DNA of 64,000 nucleotides from Dongiaceae bacterium (GCA_044226685.1 JBGAGP010000007.1:1351-65350), one strand, 5' to 3'; positions 47,677 through 59,576 are shown, counted from the first letter of the stretch. Notes: a model not told the origin generated them from the letters alone. Translations and numbers: made by a program.

Positions 47677-48781
47677 CCCGCAGCAGGTGATTATCGAAGC
47701 GGTATTCCGCCGGCCCGTCGCCGTCGAGCGGCGCCGCGCTGCTGGCGCCGTCCGCCAGGGTGAACAGGTCGCCGCCGCCGCTGGATACCAGCAGGGTCCG
47801 CGCCGCATCGGCCGCCGCCAGGCCACAGCCGTCATGCACGTCAGCGCCGCCAGCGACGCTGCCATCGGCGGCGTTCCACAGGCCGACGCAATTGCCGCGC
47901 GGCGAGCTCATCGCCACCAGGCCGCCGCCGAGATCGACCGCCGCGCTGCCGCAATAGCCGCGGAAGCCGCCCCAGCCGCCTTTGGGTGTCGCCAGCCAGC
48001 GCAGGTCTTCGCCGCGCCGATGCAGGAATCCCAGCGGGCGATCCAGGTCCGGTACCTCGGCTGAGTCCTGCAGGGCGGCCACCACCTGCCCGTCCGCGGT
48101 CAGCGCCAGATGGCGGATGCTCATCCGCGACAGGACCGGATCGAGCCTCACCTGGTCCAGGACGCTGCCCGCCTGCCAGTCGAGATAAACGAGATCGGAC
48201 CGGATATCCGCCGCCTCCGCTGCGGTCATCCGGTCGTGCCGGTGGTCGAGCCCGCCATTGGCGACGACCAGGGTCACGCCGTCCGGCAACAGGCGCAAAT
48301 CGTGCGGGCCGATGCCGCCGGTCGGGAAGTCGCGCAGCCGCGCATAGCCCGCCGCCGCGTCATGCACGCCGACGAGGCCGCGGCGCCGGGTCATGTCGTT
48401 CTCGGTCAACAGAAGGTAGCGGCCATCGGGCGTGAACACGCCATGGCCGGAGAAATGCCGGTCGGCTGCCGTCGGCGCGATGATGGTCAGCGGATCGCCG
48501 GTGGCGAGATCGAAGACCTGGGCGTAGGTGCCGGGGCGGCGGCCGAAACATACGGCTTCGTTCGCCCCGGGCCGCAATGCCAGGCCGTGGCCGCGATCGG
48601 CCAGGTCGAGGTCATAGAGCGGCGCGCCGGTTTCGCTCAGCGCCACCGCGACCTGCCGCCCGTCGAGCGTCGCGGCGGCCGAGAGATAGCGCGGCTGCGC
48701 CGCCGCGAAAGCCGGCCGCGTGGCGCCGGCCAGCAGCGTGGCGCCGGCGCCCGCCAGAAAGAGTCTGCGGTCAATCGCCAT
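47666..48781 (-). CDS. DUF1513 family protein (Tat-exported)
   Basis: DRRLFL Tat signal; RGHG, GRRPG, HFSGHGVF, GIGPHD, SIRHL, GYCGS. Confidence 0.9.
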   Translation of the reverse strand: MAIDRRLFLAGAGATLLAGATRPAFAAAQPRYLSAAATLDGRQVAVALSETGAPLYDLDLADRGHGLALRPGANEAVCFGRRPGTYAQVFDLATGDPLTIIAPTAADRHFSGHGVFTPDGRYLLLTENDMTRRRGLVGVHDAAAGYARLRDFPTGGIGPHDLRLLPDGVTLVVANGGLDHRHDRMTAAEAADIRSDLVYLDWQAGSVLDQVRLDPVLSRMSIRHLALTADGQVVAALQDSAEVPDLDRPLGFLHRRGEDLRWLATPKGGWGGFRGYCGSAAVDLGGGLVAMSSPRGNCVGLWNAADGSVAGGADVHDGCGLAAADAARTLLVSSGGGDLFTLADGASSAAPLDGDGPAEYRFDNHLLRVSS

Positions 48782-49877
48782 CGAGCGCATTGAATCCAAT
48801 CGGCAGGTTGAGGTCGGTGGCGACCGGGCCGGAGAGCAGGTCGCGCAGCCGCAGGAGCTGTTCGCCCAGCGCCTCGACCGCCTTGCGCTGGCCCGCATCG
48901 GCCACCGCCTGGTCGAGCGGCAGGGTGATGCGGTCCTTGGCCTCGAAGGCCTGGTCCAGCGTGGCGGCCAGGGCATCGGCGACCGGGCCGCCTTCCGGCG
49001 TCGCACGCAGCAGCTTGCCAAGGCCGCCATCGGTGCCGAAGGCCTCGCGCAGGCCTTCGAGATTGGCCTTCAGCACGTCCAGCGACAGGGCGCTGCGCCA
49101 GTATTCCGCCGCCTGCGGCTTCGCCTTGGCGAGGGAATCGCCGAGCGGCGCCAGCAGCTTCATGTCGCGGATGGCGATGGTCGCGGTCAGCAGGTCGTTC
49201 AGCAGGCGCGCCGCCGCGTCGCGCGGTTTCGGCGCCTCTTCGTCATCCGGATCCGGCTGATCCAGGCTTTGCAGATAGGGTTTGTCGCCACCGGTCCAGC
49301 CATCGACGATCTCGTTGGCGATGGTGTCGAGGTTGTCGCCGATCGCCACCAGCAAGGCGCAGCGGAAGGCGGCACCCGGCGCCTGCGGCGTTATCGCCGG
49401 CAGCGCGTCATCCTCGAACAGCAGGCGCTCCAGCGCCGGCAGGCCCTGGACGCCGACGCTGGTGGTGGCGAAGCGTTCCTTCTCCAGCGCGGCCGGGTCC
49501 TGCTTGCTCAGCACCTCGCTCAGCTGCCGGCCCACCACATTGCGCTTGTCGGGCCAGTATTCGATGCGGAAGGCGCGCTGATGCTCCGACACCGGGCCGG
49601 AGGCGAGGTATTGCAGCCGCGCCCATTGCCGCACGGTGTCGGAGAAGGCCGCGCGCGCCGTGTCCAGCTGCGCCGCATCCGGCGCCTCGCACAGGGCGCC
49701 GAGCGCGCTTTTCAAGGTTGCGGTCGATGACGCCAGCGCCTGATAGCCGGGCACGATCATCGCATGCGCGGTCTCGCGCATCGCAGTGGCGTAGTCGGCG
49801 TCGGTCACTGCCCGGGCCGGGGCGGAATGGATTGCGGCCAGGGCGAGCAGCGCTACGGCAAGCAGGCTTCGTTTCAT
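48771..49877 (-). CDS. Imelysin (M75) family protein
   Basis: Signal peptide; EYWPDKRN, VQGLPALERLLF, GFNALDGD C-terminus. Confidence 0.9.
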   Translation of the reverse strand: MKRSLLAVALLALAAIHSAPARAVTDADYATAMRETAHAMIVPGYQALASSTATLKSALGALCEAPDAAQLDTARAAFSDTVRQWARLQYLASGPVSEHQRAFRIEYWPDKRNVVGRQLSEVLSKQDPAALEKERFATTSVGVQGLPALERLLFEDDALPAITPQAPGAAFRCALLVAIGDNLDTIANEIVDGWTGGDKPYLQSLDQPDPDDEEAPKPRDAAARLLNDLLTATIAIRDMKLLAPLGDSLAKAKPQAAEYWRSALSLDVLKANLEGLREAFGTDGGLGKLLRATPEGGPVADALAATLDQAFEAKDRITLPLDQAVADAGQRKAVEALGEQLLRLRDLLSGPVATDLNLPIGFNALDGD

Positions 49878-51151
49878 AGGCTCTCCAAAAAGGCGATCAA
49901 CGCGTCGCGGTCCGCCGCCGGCAACTCGGCCGCGGCCCGCCGCGCTCGCGCCGCTTCGCCATCATGCCACAGAATGGCCTCCAGGATGGACCGGGCGCGG
50001 CCGTCATGCAGCAGGTTTGCGGCGGGACCCTTCGCCGCACGTTGTCCAAGCCCCCAGAGCGGCGCGGTCCGCCAGTCGCGCGAATCGGGGGCCGGCGACA
50101 CCAGGCCATCCTCCGTCCGGTCGGCGAGGCCGTCGCCCATGTCATGCAGCAGCAGGTCGGTATAGGGCGCGATCTCGATCGTGTGGCCGGCGGCATCTTC
50201 CGAGGGCTGGCTTTCGGTGTGGCAGGCACCGCAGCCGATGCGGGCGAAGATCGCCGCCCCGTTCCCGGCGGCGAGACCTGGATGCGTGGCAGGCGCGGGG
50301 GCCGGCAGCGTGCGCAGGTATTGCGCGATCAGCTCGACCGTCTGGGCGTTGACTTCCGTCTCGCCGGCGGGAGCACCCTGCGGCGCGCCGCGACAGGCCG
50401 TCTGCGCTGCCGTGCAATCGCCCCAGGCCTCCGGGTGCACGGGCGTCGACAGGCCGAGGTCGAAATGGAAGGCGCCGGAGATCTGGTGCTCCAGATCGGG
50501 CTCGGTCGCCTTCCAGCCGAAGCGGCCGGGATGGATGTCGGCATCCGCATAGGTGCTCATCACCACCGCACCGGAAATGCCGTCGCCGTCGAGGTCGTCG
50601 GGGTCGGCCAGTTCCGCCAGGCGGCTGAAGGGAATGCGCTCCAATAGCCCGATGCCGTGCAGGTCCTGCGCCAGGCGCGGCGACAGCCACGCGATCCGCG
50701 TGGAACCGCCATCATCGTTGGCGATGGCAAAACGCGGCCGGCGCAGCTCGACCCGCGTGCCGTCCGCCAGGGTGACGGTCCGCAGGTCATAGGACAGGAG
50801 CAGGCGGCCTTCGGCGGCGAGGCCGGTACCGGCGGCGGTCTGCACCTGCTCACCCAGCAGCGGATGCGCCATGAGCTTGCCCGCGCGCACGTCGCCGACT
50901 CGCAAAGCGAGCGACGCGGCGGCCGGCAACTCGCCCGGTTCCAGGGTGACCGGCGTCTGGCCACCGCCTTGGTGACAGGTGGCGCAGGCGCGGGCATTGA
51001 ACAGCGGCCCGAGGCCGTCCGCCGCCTTGGTTGAGGACGGTGCGGGCACCCAGAGCCGCTCGAACAACGCGCGGCCGAGCACGACGTCCATGGATTCGAC
51101 GGCGGCGGCCGGCGCGACTGCGGCCACCGACAGCAAGGCCGCCACCGCCAT
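49874..51151 (-). CDS. Di-heme oxidoreductase (DUF1111/DHOR)
   Basis: DGLGPLFNARACATCH, GRFGWKA, CGACH, YTDLLLHDMG, WRTAPLWG, LLHDGRAR. Confidence 0.92.
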   Translation of the reverse strand: MAVAALLSVAAVAPAAAVESMDVVLGRALFERLWVPAPSSTKAADGLGPLFNARACATCHQGGGQTPVTLEPGELPAAASLALRVGDVRAGKLMAHPLLGEQVQTAAGTGLAAEGRLLLSYDLRTVTLADGTRVELRRPRFAIANDDGGSTRIAWLSPRLAQDLHGIGLLERIPFSRLAELADPDDLDGDGISGAVVMSTYADADIHPGRFGWKATEPDLEHQISGAFHFDLGLSTPVHPEAWGDCTAAQTACRGAPQGAPAGETEVNAQTVELIAQYLRTLPAPAPATHPGLAAGNGAAIFARIGCGACHTESQPSEDAAGHTIEIAPYTDLLLHDMGDGLADRTEDGLVSPAPDSRDWRTAPLWGLGQRAAKGPAANLLHDGRARSILEAILWHDGEAARARRAAAELPAADRDALIAFLESL

Positions 51152-51155
51152 GACT

Positions 51156-52562
51156 CTACCCGACGTGGACATAGCCCATCATCCCGGTCTCCTGGTGCTC
51201 GATGATATGGCAATGCATCATCCAGTCGCCGGGATTGTCGGCTATGAAGCAGATCTCAACCCGCTCCTTGGGCGCCACCAGCACGGTATCGGCCAGGTGC
51301 GGCACGATCTCCTTCCGGTTCGAGCGCAGCACCCGGAAGCTGTGGCCGTGCAGGTGGATCGGGTGCGGATGCGGCGTGCCGTTGAACAGCTCGAACACGT
51401 AAGGCTGGCCCAGCTTGAGCTCGGCCAGCGGCGCCGGCTTCAGCTCGCGACTCTGCCCCGACCATGACTTGCCGTTGATCGCCCAGAAGGTCTGGCCAGG
51501 CAGGCACAGCGCGTCCAGGCCGAGGCCGGTCTGCTTCAGCCACGCCTCCAGCTCCGGCGCGACATGGCCGGCGGTGAGATCGAAGGTCAGGCGCTCGGCC
51601 TTGGCGGGATCGGCCTCCGTCACACGCGACGGCGCGAGCGTCGGCATCGGCGCCGCGCCCTTGACCGGGGCACCGCCTGAGGTGATGCGGGCGATCGGCT
51701 TCGGCACGGTGGAGAAGACGTTGTTGAGGGCGACCTCCGCCGCCGCGTCTTCCGGCATGCGGAAGGCGATGTCGATCCGCATGGCGGGACCCAGGCGCCA
51801 GCCCTTCACCGCGATCGGCGCGACATCCGCCGGCAGCGGGTTGCCGTCGGTGGCAATGATGCGGCCGTCGGCACCGGCGAGGTCGAGCACCGCGATGCGC
51901 GAGGCGTCGAGGTTGAGCACGCGCAGCCGTACCCAGCCGCCGGCCGGTGCCTGCAGCTCCGCGACCGGCTTGCCGTTCGCCGTCTCGACATTGCCGAAGG
52001 TGCCGGCATGGGACGCGCCCTTCTCGGTGATGAAGGCGCCGAAGCTGCCATCCGGGTTCAGCTGCCAGTCCTTGATGGCGCAGACCAGGTCGGCGGCGAA
52101 CAGGCCGTCATCCGCCGGCTCTTCCACGATCAGCGCGCCGGCCAGGCCGCGGCCAAGCTGGGTGACCGTGTCGCAATGCGGGTGGAAGAAGAAGGTGCCG
52201 GCATCGGGCGGGCTGAAATCGTAGGTAAAGCTCTCGCCGGGTTCGACCGGCGGCTGGGTCATGTAGGGCACGCCGTCCATCGCCAGCGGAATGCGCAGGC
52301 CGTGCCAGTGCACCGTGGTGTGCTCGTGCAGCTCGTTCTTCAGGGTGGCGCGGAAGGGCGCGCCGCGCTGCGTGCGCAGCACCAGCGGCCATTGATCGGC
52401 ATAGGCCCAGATCGGGCTGGACGGCGCGCCTGGGCCCAGCAGCGCCAGGCTGCGCGGGCGCGCGACCAGTTCGACCGGCGCCGCATCGGCCCGGGCAAAG
52501 CGCAACGGCGGCAGCGCCCCAAGCGCCACCGCCGTCGCCAGCATGTTCCGGCGTGTCAGCAT
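51156..52562 (-). CDS. Tat-exported multicopper oxidase (CumA-like)
   Basis: TRRNML signal; HWHG, HPH, HPHPIHLHGH, HCHIIEHQETGM. Confidence 0.95.
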   Translation of the reverse strand: MLTRRNMLATAVALGALPPLRFARADAAPVELVARPRSLALLGPGAPSSPIWAYADQWPLVLRTQRGAPFRATLKNELHEHTTVHWHGLRIPLAMDGVPYMTQPPVEPGESFTYDFSPPDAGTFFFHPHCDTVTQLGRGLAGALIVEEPADDGLFAADLVCAIKDWQLNPDGSFGAFITEKGASHAGTFGNVETANGKPVAELQAPAGGWVRLRVLNLDASRIAVLDLAGADGRIIATDGNPLPADVAPIAVKGWRLGPAMRIDIAFRMPEDAAAEVALNNVFSTVPKPIARITSGGAPVKGAAPMPTLAPSRVTEADPAKAERLTFDLTAGHVAPELEAWLKQTGLGLDALCLPGQTFWAINGKSWSGQSRELKPAPLAELKLGQPYVFELFNGTPHPHPIHLHGHSFRVLRSNRKEIVPHLADTVLVAPKERVEICFIADNPGDWMMHCHIIEHQETGMMGYVHVG

Positions 52563-52578
52563 GGACCGCGTGGTCCGG

Positions 52579-53874
<1,296 letters not shown>

Positions 53875-53908
53875 TCCCCACCTCCTTGGTTCGGCGGCGG
53901 TAACTTAA

Positions 53909-53923
53909 TGAGAATGATTATCA
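53909..53923. promoter_or_regulatory. Fur box upstream of the imelysin operon
   Basis: TGAGAAT-G-ATTATCA, 13/14 match to the 7-1-7 Fur core, 35 bp upstream of the ATG. Confidence 0.85.
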
Positions 53924-53993
53924 GAGGCAATCGCAATAACCGGCGCATTTCGCCGCAGCCGGCGACTTCTGGTCAATCCATTGAAATAGCTTG

Positions 53994-54305
53994 CTATTTC
54001 ACGCGCTGGACGACCTCGAAACCCTCGAAGCTGGGGCCGCCGATATAGAGATCCTTGGTCTGGCCGGCATTCTGATGCGCCTTGCGGAAGGCCTCTGACC
54101 TGGTCCAGACCTCGAAGGTGTCCCTGGTCGACCAGACCGTGTGGGACGAATAGAGCGTGTGGTCCTCGCGCCGGGGGCCCTTCAACAGATGGAACTCGAC
54201 GAAGCCCGGCACATCGCGCAGCAGGATGTCACGCTCGCGCCATACCCGCTCGAATTCGCCTTCCTGGCCCAGCTTCACCTGGAAGCGGTTCATGGCGATG
54301 TACAT
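53994..54305 (-). CDS. IsdG/HmuQ-like heme-degrading monooxygenase (ABM fold)
   Basis: MYIAMNRF (Asn) and W-TRSEAFRKAH (Trp, His); directly after hmuV. Confidence 0.85.
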   Translation of the reverse strand: MYIAMNRFQVKLGQEGEFERVWRERDILLRDVPGFVEFHLLKGPRREDHTLYSSHTVWSTRDTFEVWTRSEAFRKAHQNAGQTKDLYIGGPSFEGFEVVQRVK

Positions 54306-54337
54306 GCGTCGTCTCCTTCTGGATTGCGATGGGTGGC

Positions 54338-55150
54338 TCAGTGAATCGATCCGGCGCCAGGCCAGACCAGTACATAGGGACGCTCGCGGCCCGGCTCGCT
54401 GATGACGCGGGCCTCGACGCCGAAGACCGAACGCATGAGCTCCGCCGTCAGCACTGCCCGCGGCGCGCCGGCGGCGACAATGCGGCCCTGCTGCAGCACG
54501 TGGATGCGATCGGCATAGCCGGCCGCGTGGTTGGGGTCGTGCAGCACGGCCAGGACCGCGACACCTGAATCGGCCAGGCGGCGCGCGGCGCCCAATGCCA
54601 GATGCTGATGCGCGAGATCAAGGTTGTTGGTCGGTTCGTCCAGCAGCAGATAGCGCTCGCTCTCACCTTCCCCCTCGGACCGCGCGATCTGCGCCAGGAC
54701 CCGGGCCAGCTGCACGCGCTGCTTCTCGCCGCCGGACAGGGTCGGATAGGAGCGCTCCGCCAGGTGCAGCACGCCGGTCTCCGACATTGCCGCCGCCGCC
54801 GCGCGCAGATCGGCGCGGGCCGGATGCCGGCCCATATGCGGCGAGCGGCCGATGAGCACCACCTGCAAGGCGGTGAAGGGAAAACCCAGCGTCGCGTTCT
54901 GCGACAGCACGGCGCGGCGGCGCGCAAGTTCCTTCATCGGCCAGGCACCGAGCGTGCGGCCGCCGAGCGCGACGGCGCCACGGTCCGGTTCCAGGCTGCC
55001 GGCCAGCGCCTGCAGCAGCGTCGACTTGCCGGCGCCGTTCGGCCCGATCACCGCCGCCATCTCGCCGGGCGCAACGGCCAGGCTGACCGCGTCGAGGATG
55101 CGCCGGCTGCCGCGCAGCACGCTGAGGCCTTCGCCCCGCAGCATCACCAC
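54338..55150 (-). CDS. hmuV: Heme ABC transporter ATPase
   Basis: GPNGAGKST, LSGGEKQRVQLARVLAQ, LLLDEPT, VLHDPN. Confidence 0.93.
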   Translation of the reverse strand: MVMLRGEGLSVLRGSRRILDAVSLAVAPGEMAAVIGPNGAGKSTLLQALAGSLEPDRGAVALGGRTLGAWPMKELARRRAVLSQNATLGFPFTALQVVLIGRSPHMGRHPARADLRAAAAAMSETGVLHLAERSYPTLSGGEKQRVQLARVLAQIARSEGEGESERYLLLDEPTNNLDLAHQHLALGAARRLADSGVAVLAVLHDPNHAAGYADRIHVLQQGRIVAAGAPRAVLTAELMRSVFGVEARVISEPGRERPYVLVWPGAGSIH

Positions 55151-56238
55151 GCCCCCCGGTTGCGCTGGCGCAGCAGCAGCCAGAGGAAGAACGGCCCGCC
55201 GAACAAGGCGGTCAGGATGCCGATCGGCAGCTCCGCTGGCAGCACCAGGGTGCGCGCCATCATGTCCGCCAGCAGCACCAGCGCGGCGCCGAGCAGGGCG
55301 GAGAGCGGGAACAGGGTGCGGTGGTCAGCCCCCATCATCAGCCGCACCAGATGCGGCACCACCAGGCCGACAAAGCCGATGGCCCCGGTCAGCGCCACGA
55401 TGGCGCCGACATCCAGGGCCACTAGGCCGACCATCAGGCGCTTCATGCGCTCGACCCGGAAGCCGAGATGGCGTGCCTCGGATTCGCCCAGCAGCAGCGC
55501 GTTCAAATGCCGGGCGAAGCGCATCAGGATCAGCGTGGGCAGCAGGATCAGCGGCGCCGCCACCATGAGGCGTGGCCAGGTGACGCCGTTCAGGCTGCCG
55601 AGCATCCAGAAATTGAGGTCGCGCAATTCCTGTTCCGAGCTGAGGAAGACCAACAGGCCGATGCCGGCCGCCGCCATGGCGTTGATGGCAACGCCGGAGA
55701 GCAGCAGGGTGGCGACCTCTGTGCGCCCGTCGCGGGTGGCGACCAGATAGACGGCGACGGTCGCCAGCAGCCCGCCGCCAAAGGCCGCCAGCGGCAAAGC
55801 GTGGCGCAGCAGATCGGCGGGCAGGACCTGCACCAGAGCGCGCCCGAGCACGATGAAGGCAGCGGCGGCCAGCGCGGCACCGGTCGAGACCCCGACCAGC
55901 CCGGGATCGGCGAGCGGGTTGCGGAACAGGCCCTGCAACGTGACGCCGGCCACGGCCAAGCCGGCGCCGGTCAGCATGCCGAGAACGATCCGCGGCAGGC
56001 GGATATCGAGCAGGATGGTGGCAAGCGCCTGGGTTTCCGGCGCCGCCTCCGCCAGGCCCAGGCGCCCGGCGAACATCTGAAACGCGTCCAGCGGTGCGAT
56101 GTGGATGGCGCCGGCATGGATCGAGACGAAACACGCCACCAGCAGAAAAACGGACGCAACTGCCAGCGCCAGCGCCGCGCGCTGGCCCTGGCGCCGCACC
56201 AGGACGTCGAAGCTGCCGACCGGGTCCAAGGTGGTCAT
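55144..56238 (-). CDS. hmuU: Heme ABC transporter permease (FecCD)
   Basis: DIRLPR, QGLFRNPLADPG, GESEARHLG, GFVGLVVPH. Confidence 0.93.
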   Translation of the reverse strand: MTTLDPVGSFDVLVRRQGQRAALALAVASVFLLVACFVSIHAGAIHIAPLDAFQMFAGRLGLAEAAPETQALATILLDIRLPRIVLGMLTGAGLAVAGVTLQGLFRNPLADPGLVGVSTGAALAAAAFIVLGRALVQVLPADLLRHALPLAAFGGGLLATVAVYLVATRDGRTEVATLLLSGVAINAMAAAGIGLLVFLSSEQELRDLNFWMLGSLNGVTWPRLMVAAPLILLPTLILMRFARHLNALLLGESEARHLGFRVERMKRLMVGLVALDVGAIVALTGAIGFVGLVVPHLVRLMMGADHRTLFPLSALLGAALVLLADMMARTLVLPAELPIGILTALFGGPFFLWLLLRQRNRGAW

Positions 56239-57149
56239 GGTGCGGCGAGGCCGGCCGGCGCCGGGATCTCGGCTCCGGGATGCAGCGCCACTGCGAGGTC
56301 GTGGATCGCCAGCGGCGTGCGCGGGCCGAAGCCGAGCAGCAGCAACGAATCCATCGCCACCACCCGCCGCGCCTGGCCGGCTGGCGTCTCTGCGATGTCG
56401 GACCGCCGCACCAAGCCGTCGATGCCGCCCAGCTTTTCCAGGGTCAGGTCGGTGACCAGCAGCACATCGGGCCTGGCGGCGATGACCGCTTCCGAGGAGA
56501 CCGGCTTGAAATGCTCGAATCCCTCGATGGCGTTACGGCCGCCGGCCAGTTGGATGATGGCGTCCGCGGAACTGTTGCGCCCGCCCACCATCGGCGCCCC
56601 TTCGCCAACCGAGAACAGGAACAGCACGCGCGGCCGCGCCGACAGGCCATCGACGGTGGCTTGCAGCGCCGCGAAATCCGCCGTCAGCCGCGCGACCAAG
56701 GCATCGCCTTCGCGCTTGCGCCCGATGGCCTCGGCGATGGCCGCGACCTTGTCGATGACGCCTTGCGGCGAATGCGCGTCCGGCACCAGCACCAGGCACG
56801 CACCGGCCGCGCGCAGCTGGTCCAGCACCTCGGGCGGCCCCGCATCGGCGATGGCCAGGATCACCGCCGGCGCCAGCCCGAGGATCGGCTCGGCCGACAA
56901 CGCGCGCATATAGCCGACCTGCGGCAGGGCACGCGCCTCCGCCGGATAACGGCTGGTGATGTCGACAGCGACGACGCGACTCCCCGCACCCAGTGCGTAG
57001 ACGATCTCGGTCACGTCGCCGCCGATCGAAACGATCGGTCCGTCCTGCACCGGCATCGCGCAACCAGCCCGGGCGGAGTCCGCCCAGGCCAGTGTCGCAA
57101 TGATCGCGCCGGCCGCCAGGATGCCGCGCATGCTCAAATATGCCTCCAT
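56235..57149 (-). CDS. hmuT: Heme ABC transporter periplasmic binding protein
   Basis: IGGDVTEIVYALG, GYMRALSAE (Tyr ligand), LLGFGPRT. Confidence 0.93.
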   Translation of the reverse strand: MEAYLSMRGILAAGAIIATLAWADSARAGCAMPVQDGPIVSIGGDVTEIVYALGAGSRVVAVDITSRYPAEARALPQVGYMRALSAEPILGLAPAVILAIADAGPPEVLDQLRAAGACLVLVPDAHSPQGVIDKVAAIAEAIGRKREGDALVARLTADFAALQATVDGLSARPRVLFLFSVGEGAPMVGGRNSSADAIIQLAGGRNAIEGFEHFKPVSSEAVIAARPDVLLVTDLTLEKLGGIDGLVRRSDIAETPAGQARRVVAMDSLLLLGFGPRTPLAIHDLAVALHPGAEIPAPAGLAAP

Positions 57150-57178
57150 GCGTTGATCATGTTCGGCCGGACTCCCCC

Positions 57179-59210
57179 TCAGAACGACGCCGCGTAGCTG
57201 ATGGCGAGGCGATAGTCGCGGCCGGGCGCCTCCTCGAAGGCGAGGTAGCGCTCATAGGAATTGTCGAACAGGTTCTCGATCCCGGTATCGACGCGGAAAC
57301 CCGCCAGCGGGCCATCGTCGGGCGCCCAACTCGCGAAGATGCCGACGACGTGATAGCTGTCGGTGGCCGTCAACTCGTCCTCGACGCGATCCTGCGCCCA
57401 GGCGAACTCGTTGGTGACGCCGGCGCTGAGGTCGAGGGAGGGTATCCTGCCACCCACGGTGAGGATCAGCTTGTCGGCCGGGATCGAGGTCAGTGGCACA
57501 TTGTCGGTCTTGTTGTCGCCGCGGATGCGCGAATAGCTGCCGGAGAAGAAGGCATAGTCCGAATCGTAGGTCAGGCTGACTTCCGCCCCCTCGATCTCGG
57601 CGCGCGGCACGTTCACCGGCGTGGTGGTGAAGGTGAATGTGCCGAAATCCATGACCACGTCGCCGTCGATGAAGTTCTTGGCGTCGGAGTTGTAATAGGC
57701 GGCGTTGAAGCGCAGCGCGTCACCCGGCAGCGCGACATCCTCGAAGCCAAGGCGCAGGCCGCCCTCCCAGGTCTCGGTCGATTCCGGCTTCAGGTCCGGG
57801 TTCGGCACGAAGACGTTATTGAAGGGTCCGAAGATGGCGAAATGCGTGCCGGCGATGTACATCTCGCGGATCGACGGCGCGCGGTAGCCCTGGCTGTAGC
57901 TGCCATAGACCGAGGCCCATTCCAGCGGCTGCCAGTTGATGCCCACCTTCGGCGACAGTCGGTCGTCGCTGCGGTTGTCGAAATCATCGCTTTCCGGATC
58001 GGTCTTGTAGTAGTCCCAGCGCAGGCCCGGCGTCAGGGTAAGCTGGTCGAACAGCTTGATCGAATACTGGCCGTAGATGCCGACGACGTCCTGCGTCGCA
58101 TCGGGGTTCTGCGATTGCTTCTCGCCATTGACCCGGCCTTCCCCGCTGTCGTGGTAGAATTCCGTGCCGAGGGTGAAGCTGTGTTTGGCCCAGCCCGTGT
58201 CGAACTCGGCGGTGTTGAAGAGATCGATGCCGGTGGTGGTCAGATTGGCCTTGGTGACCCGGTCGTAGTCCTCGCCGTCATCGGTGATGTCGGTGTCGTC
58301 GCGATAGAGCGTCGCCTGCAGGTTGACGAGGTCGGTGTCCGGGCTGTCGAAGCTGTAATGCGCCGTGGCCGTGCTCTTGCGGATCTCGTGATCGGCGTCG
58401 TATTCGAAATTCGCGTTGTCGACATCGGTCGCGAGGATGTCCTCGTCGTCCGAGAAGATCAGGCCCGAGAATTCCAGCCGGTGGCCGGCGGCAGGATTGA
58501 TGCCGAGCTTGACCAGGCCGCTCTCGATCTCCGTCGCGGTATGCTCGATCTCGTCGCCGGAGCCGCCATCGTAGTTGTCGCCGTTGCGGTAGGTGAAATT
58601 ACCGAGGAGGTCGATCTCATCCAGCGGCCGCAGAGCAAAGGTGGTGCTGCTCAGCCATTCGTCATTGACCGAGTGATAGCCGCCCTTCACCTTGAAGCCG
58701 AAGGTGTCGCCTTCGTCCAGGAAGTCCTCGGGTGCCGTATAGCGTCGAGCCGGTGCCCTTCAGCACCTCGACCTGCTTCAGCACGTCGGGATCGACGAAC
58801 ATGCTGCCACCGTGGGCGGCGCCGACATTCTGCCGTGCGCCGTCGATCGTGGTAACGATGCGGTTGGAGCCCCAGCCGGTGCCGCCGAAGCCGCGGATAT
58901 TGGGTTGCGATTGCGAGCCCTTCGGCCCGCCCTCGATTTCGACACCGGGCAAATCGTTGAGGATGTCGCCCAAGGTCGAGGGCTGGCTGCGCTCGAGGTC
59001 TTCGCTGTCGATCACGTCGATCGTCGCCGGCACTTCGTCGCGCGGTGTCGGCGTCTTCGTGCCCGTCACCGTCAGCGGTTCGAGGACGATCGGCTGCGCC
59101 TGATCAGCCTGCCCCTCATCCGCCGGCGCGGATTCCTGCGCCAGGGCTCCACTCTCCATGGCGGTCAGCCACAAGGCAGCCGCCACCACCCCAAATCTGT
59201 TCCAAGCCAT
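57179..59210 (-). pseudogene. hmuR: TonB-dependent heme receptor interrupted by a frameshifting deletion near 58735
   Basis: N-part has signal peptide, TonB-box region and plug up to VEVLKGTGSTLYG; C-part resumes in another frame at TAPEDFLD with YRAP...H...NPDL and terminal Phe; SGAxGG motif missing. Confidence 0.85.
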
Positions 59211-59366
59211 ACCAAGTCCCCCGTTGAACCGTCACGTTGGTGGAGATTCCCTGGCTGGCTATCGTGGCCCCGCCTTGCGCCGGGCCGAGTTGCTGGCTTG
59301 GGTTGACGCCGCGCGTTCGGTGCGCCCGCGACTCCCGGTCGGCGGCGCGATGGCGCGGCGTATTCG

Positions 59367-59576
59367 CTATTTGGTCAGGACAAGTCCGCCCCGGCTGGTG
59401 CGCCGCAGGCGATAGAGATGTCCGTCATGTTCGATTTCCGCCACGCCGGCGGAACCCAGGATCGTCGAGCTCAGAAAGCGCGGCACGCCTGCCTTGTCGC
59501 CGGATGCGGTCGCGCTGCCTTCTCCGCCAAATTCCCTGGCGTCGCGCCCCGGCCCTGTTGAGTGCGGAATGTTCAT
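59367..59576 (-). CDS. hemP: Hemin uptake regulator HemP/HmuP
   Basis: IEHDGHLYRLRRTSRGGLVLTK signature; upstream of the heme receptor. Confidence 0.9.
   Translation of the reverse strand: MNIPHSTGPGRDAREFGGEGSATASGDKAGVPRFLSSTILGSAGVAEIEHDGHLYRLRRTSRGGLVLTK

Noticed and set aside
58662-58740. Programmed frameshift or a genuine two-gene split receptor
   Set aside because: No slippery run, and frameshifting could not restore the missing conserved plug residues; the C-part lacks a signal peptide.
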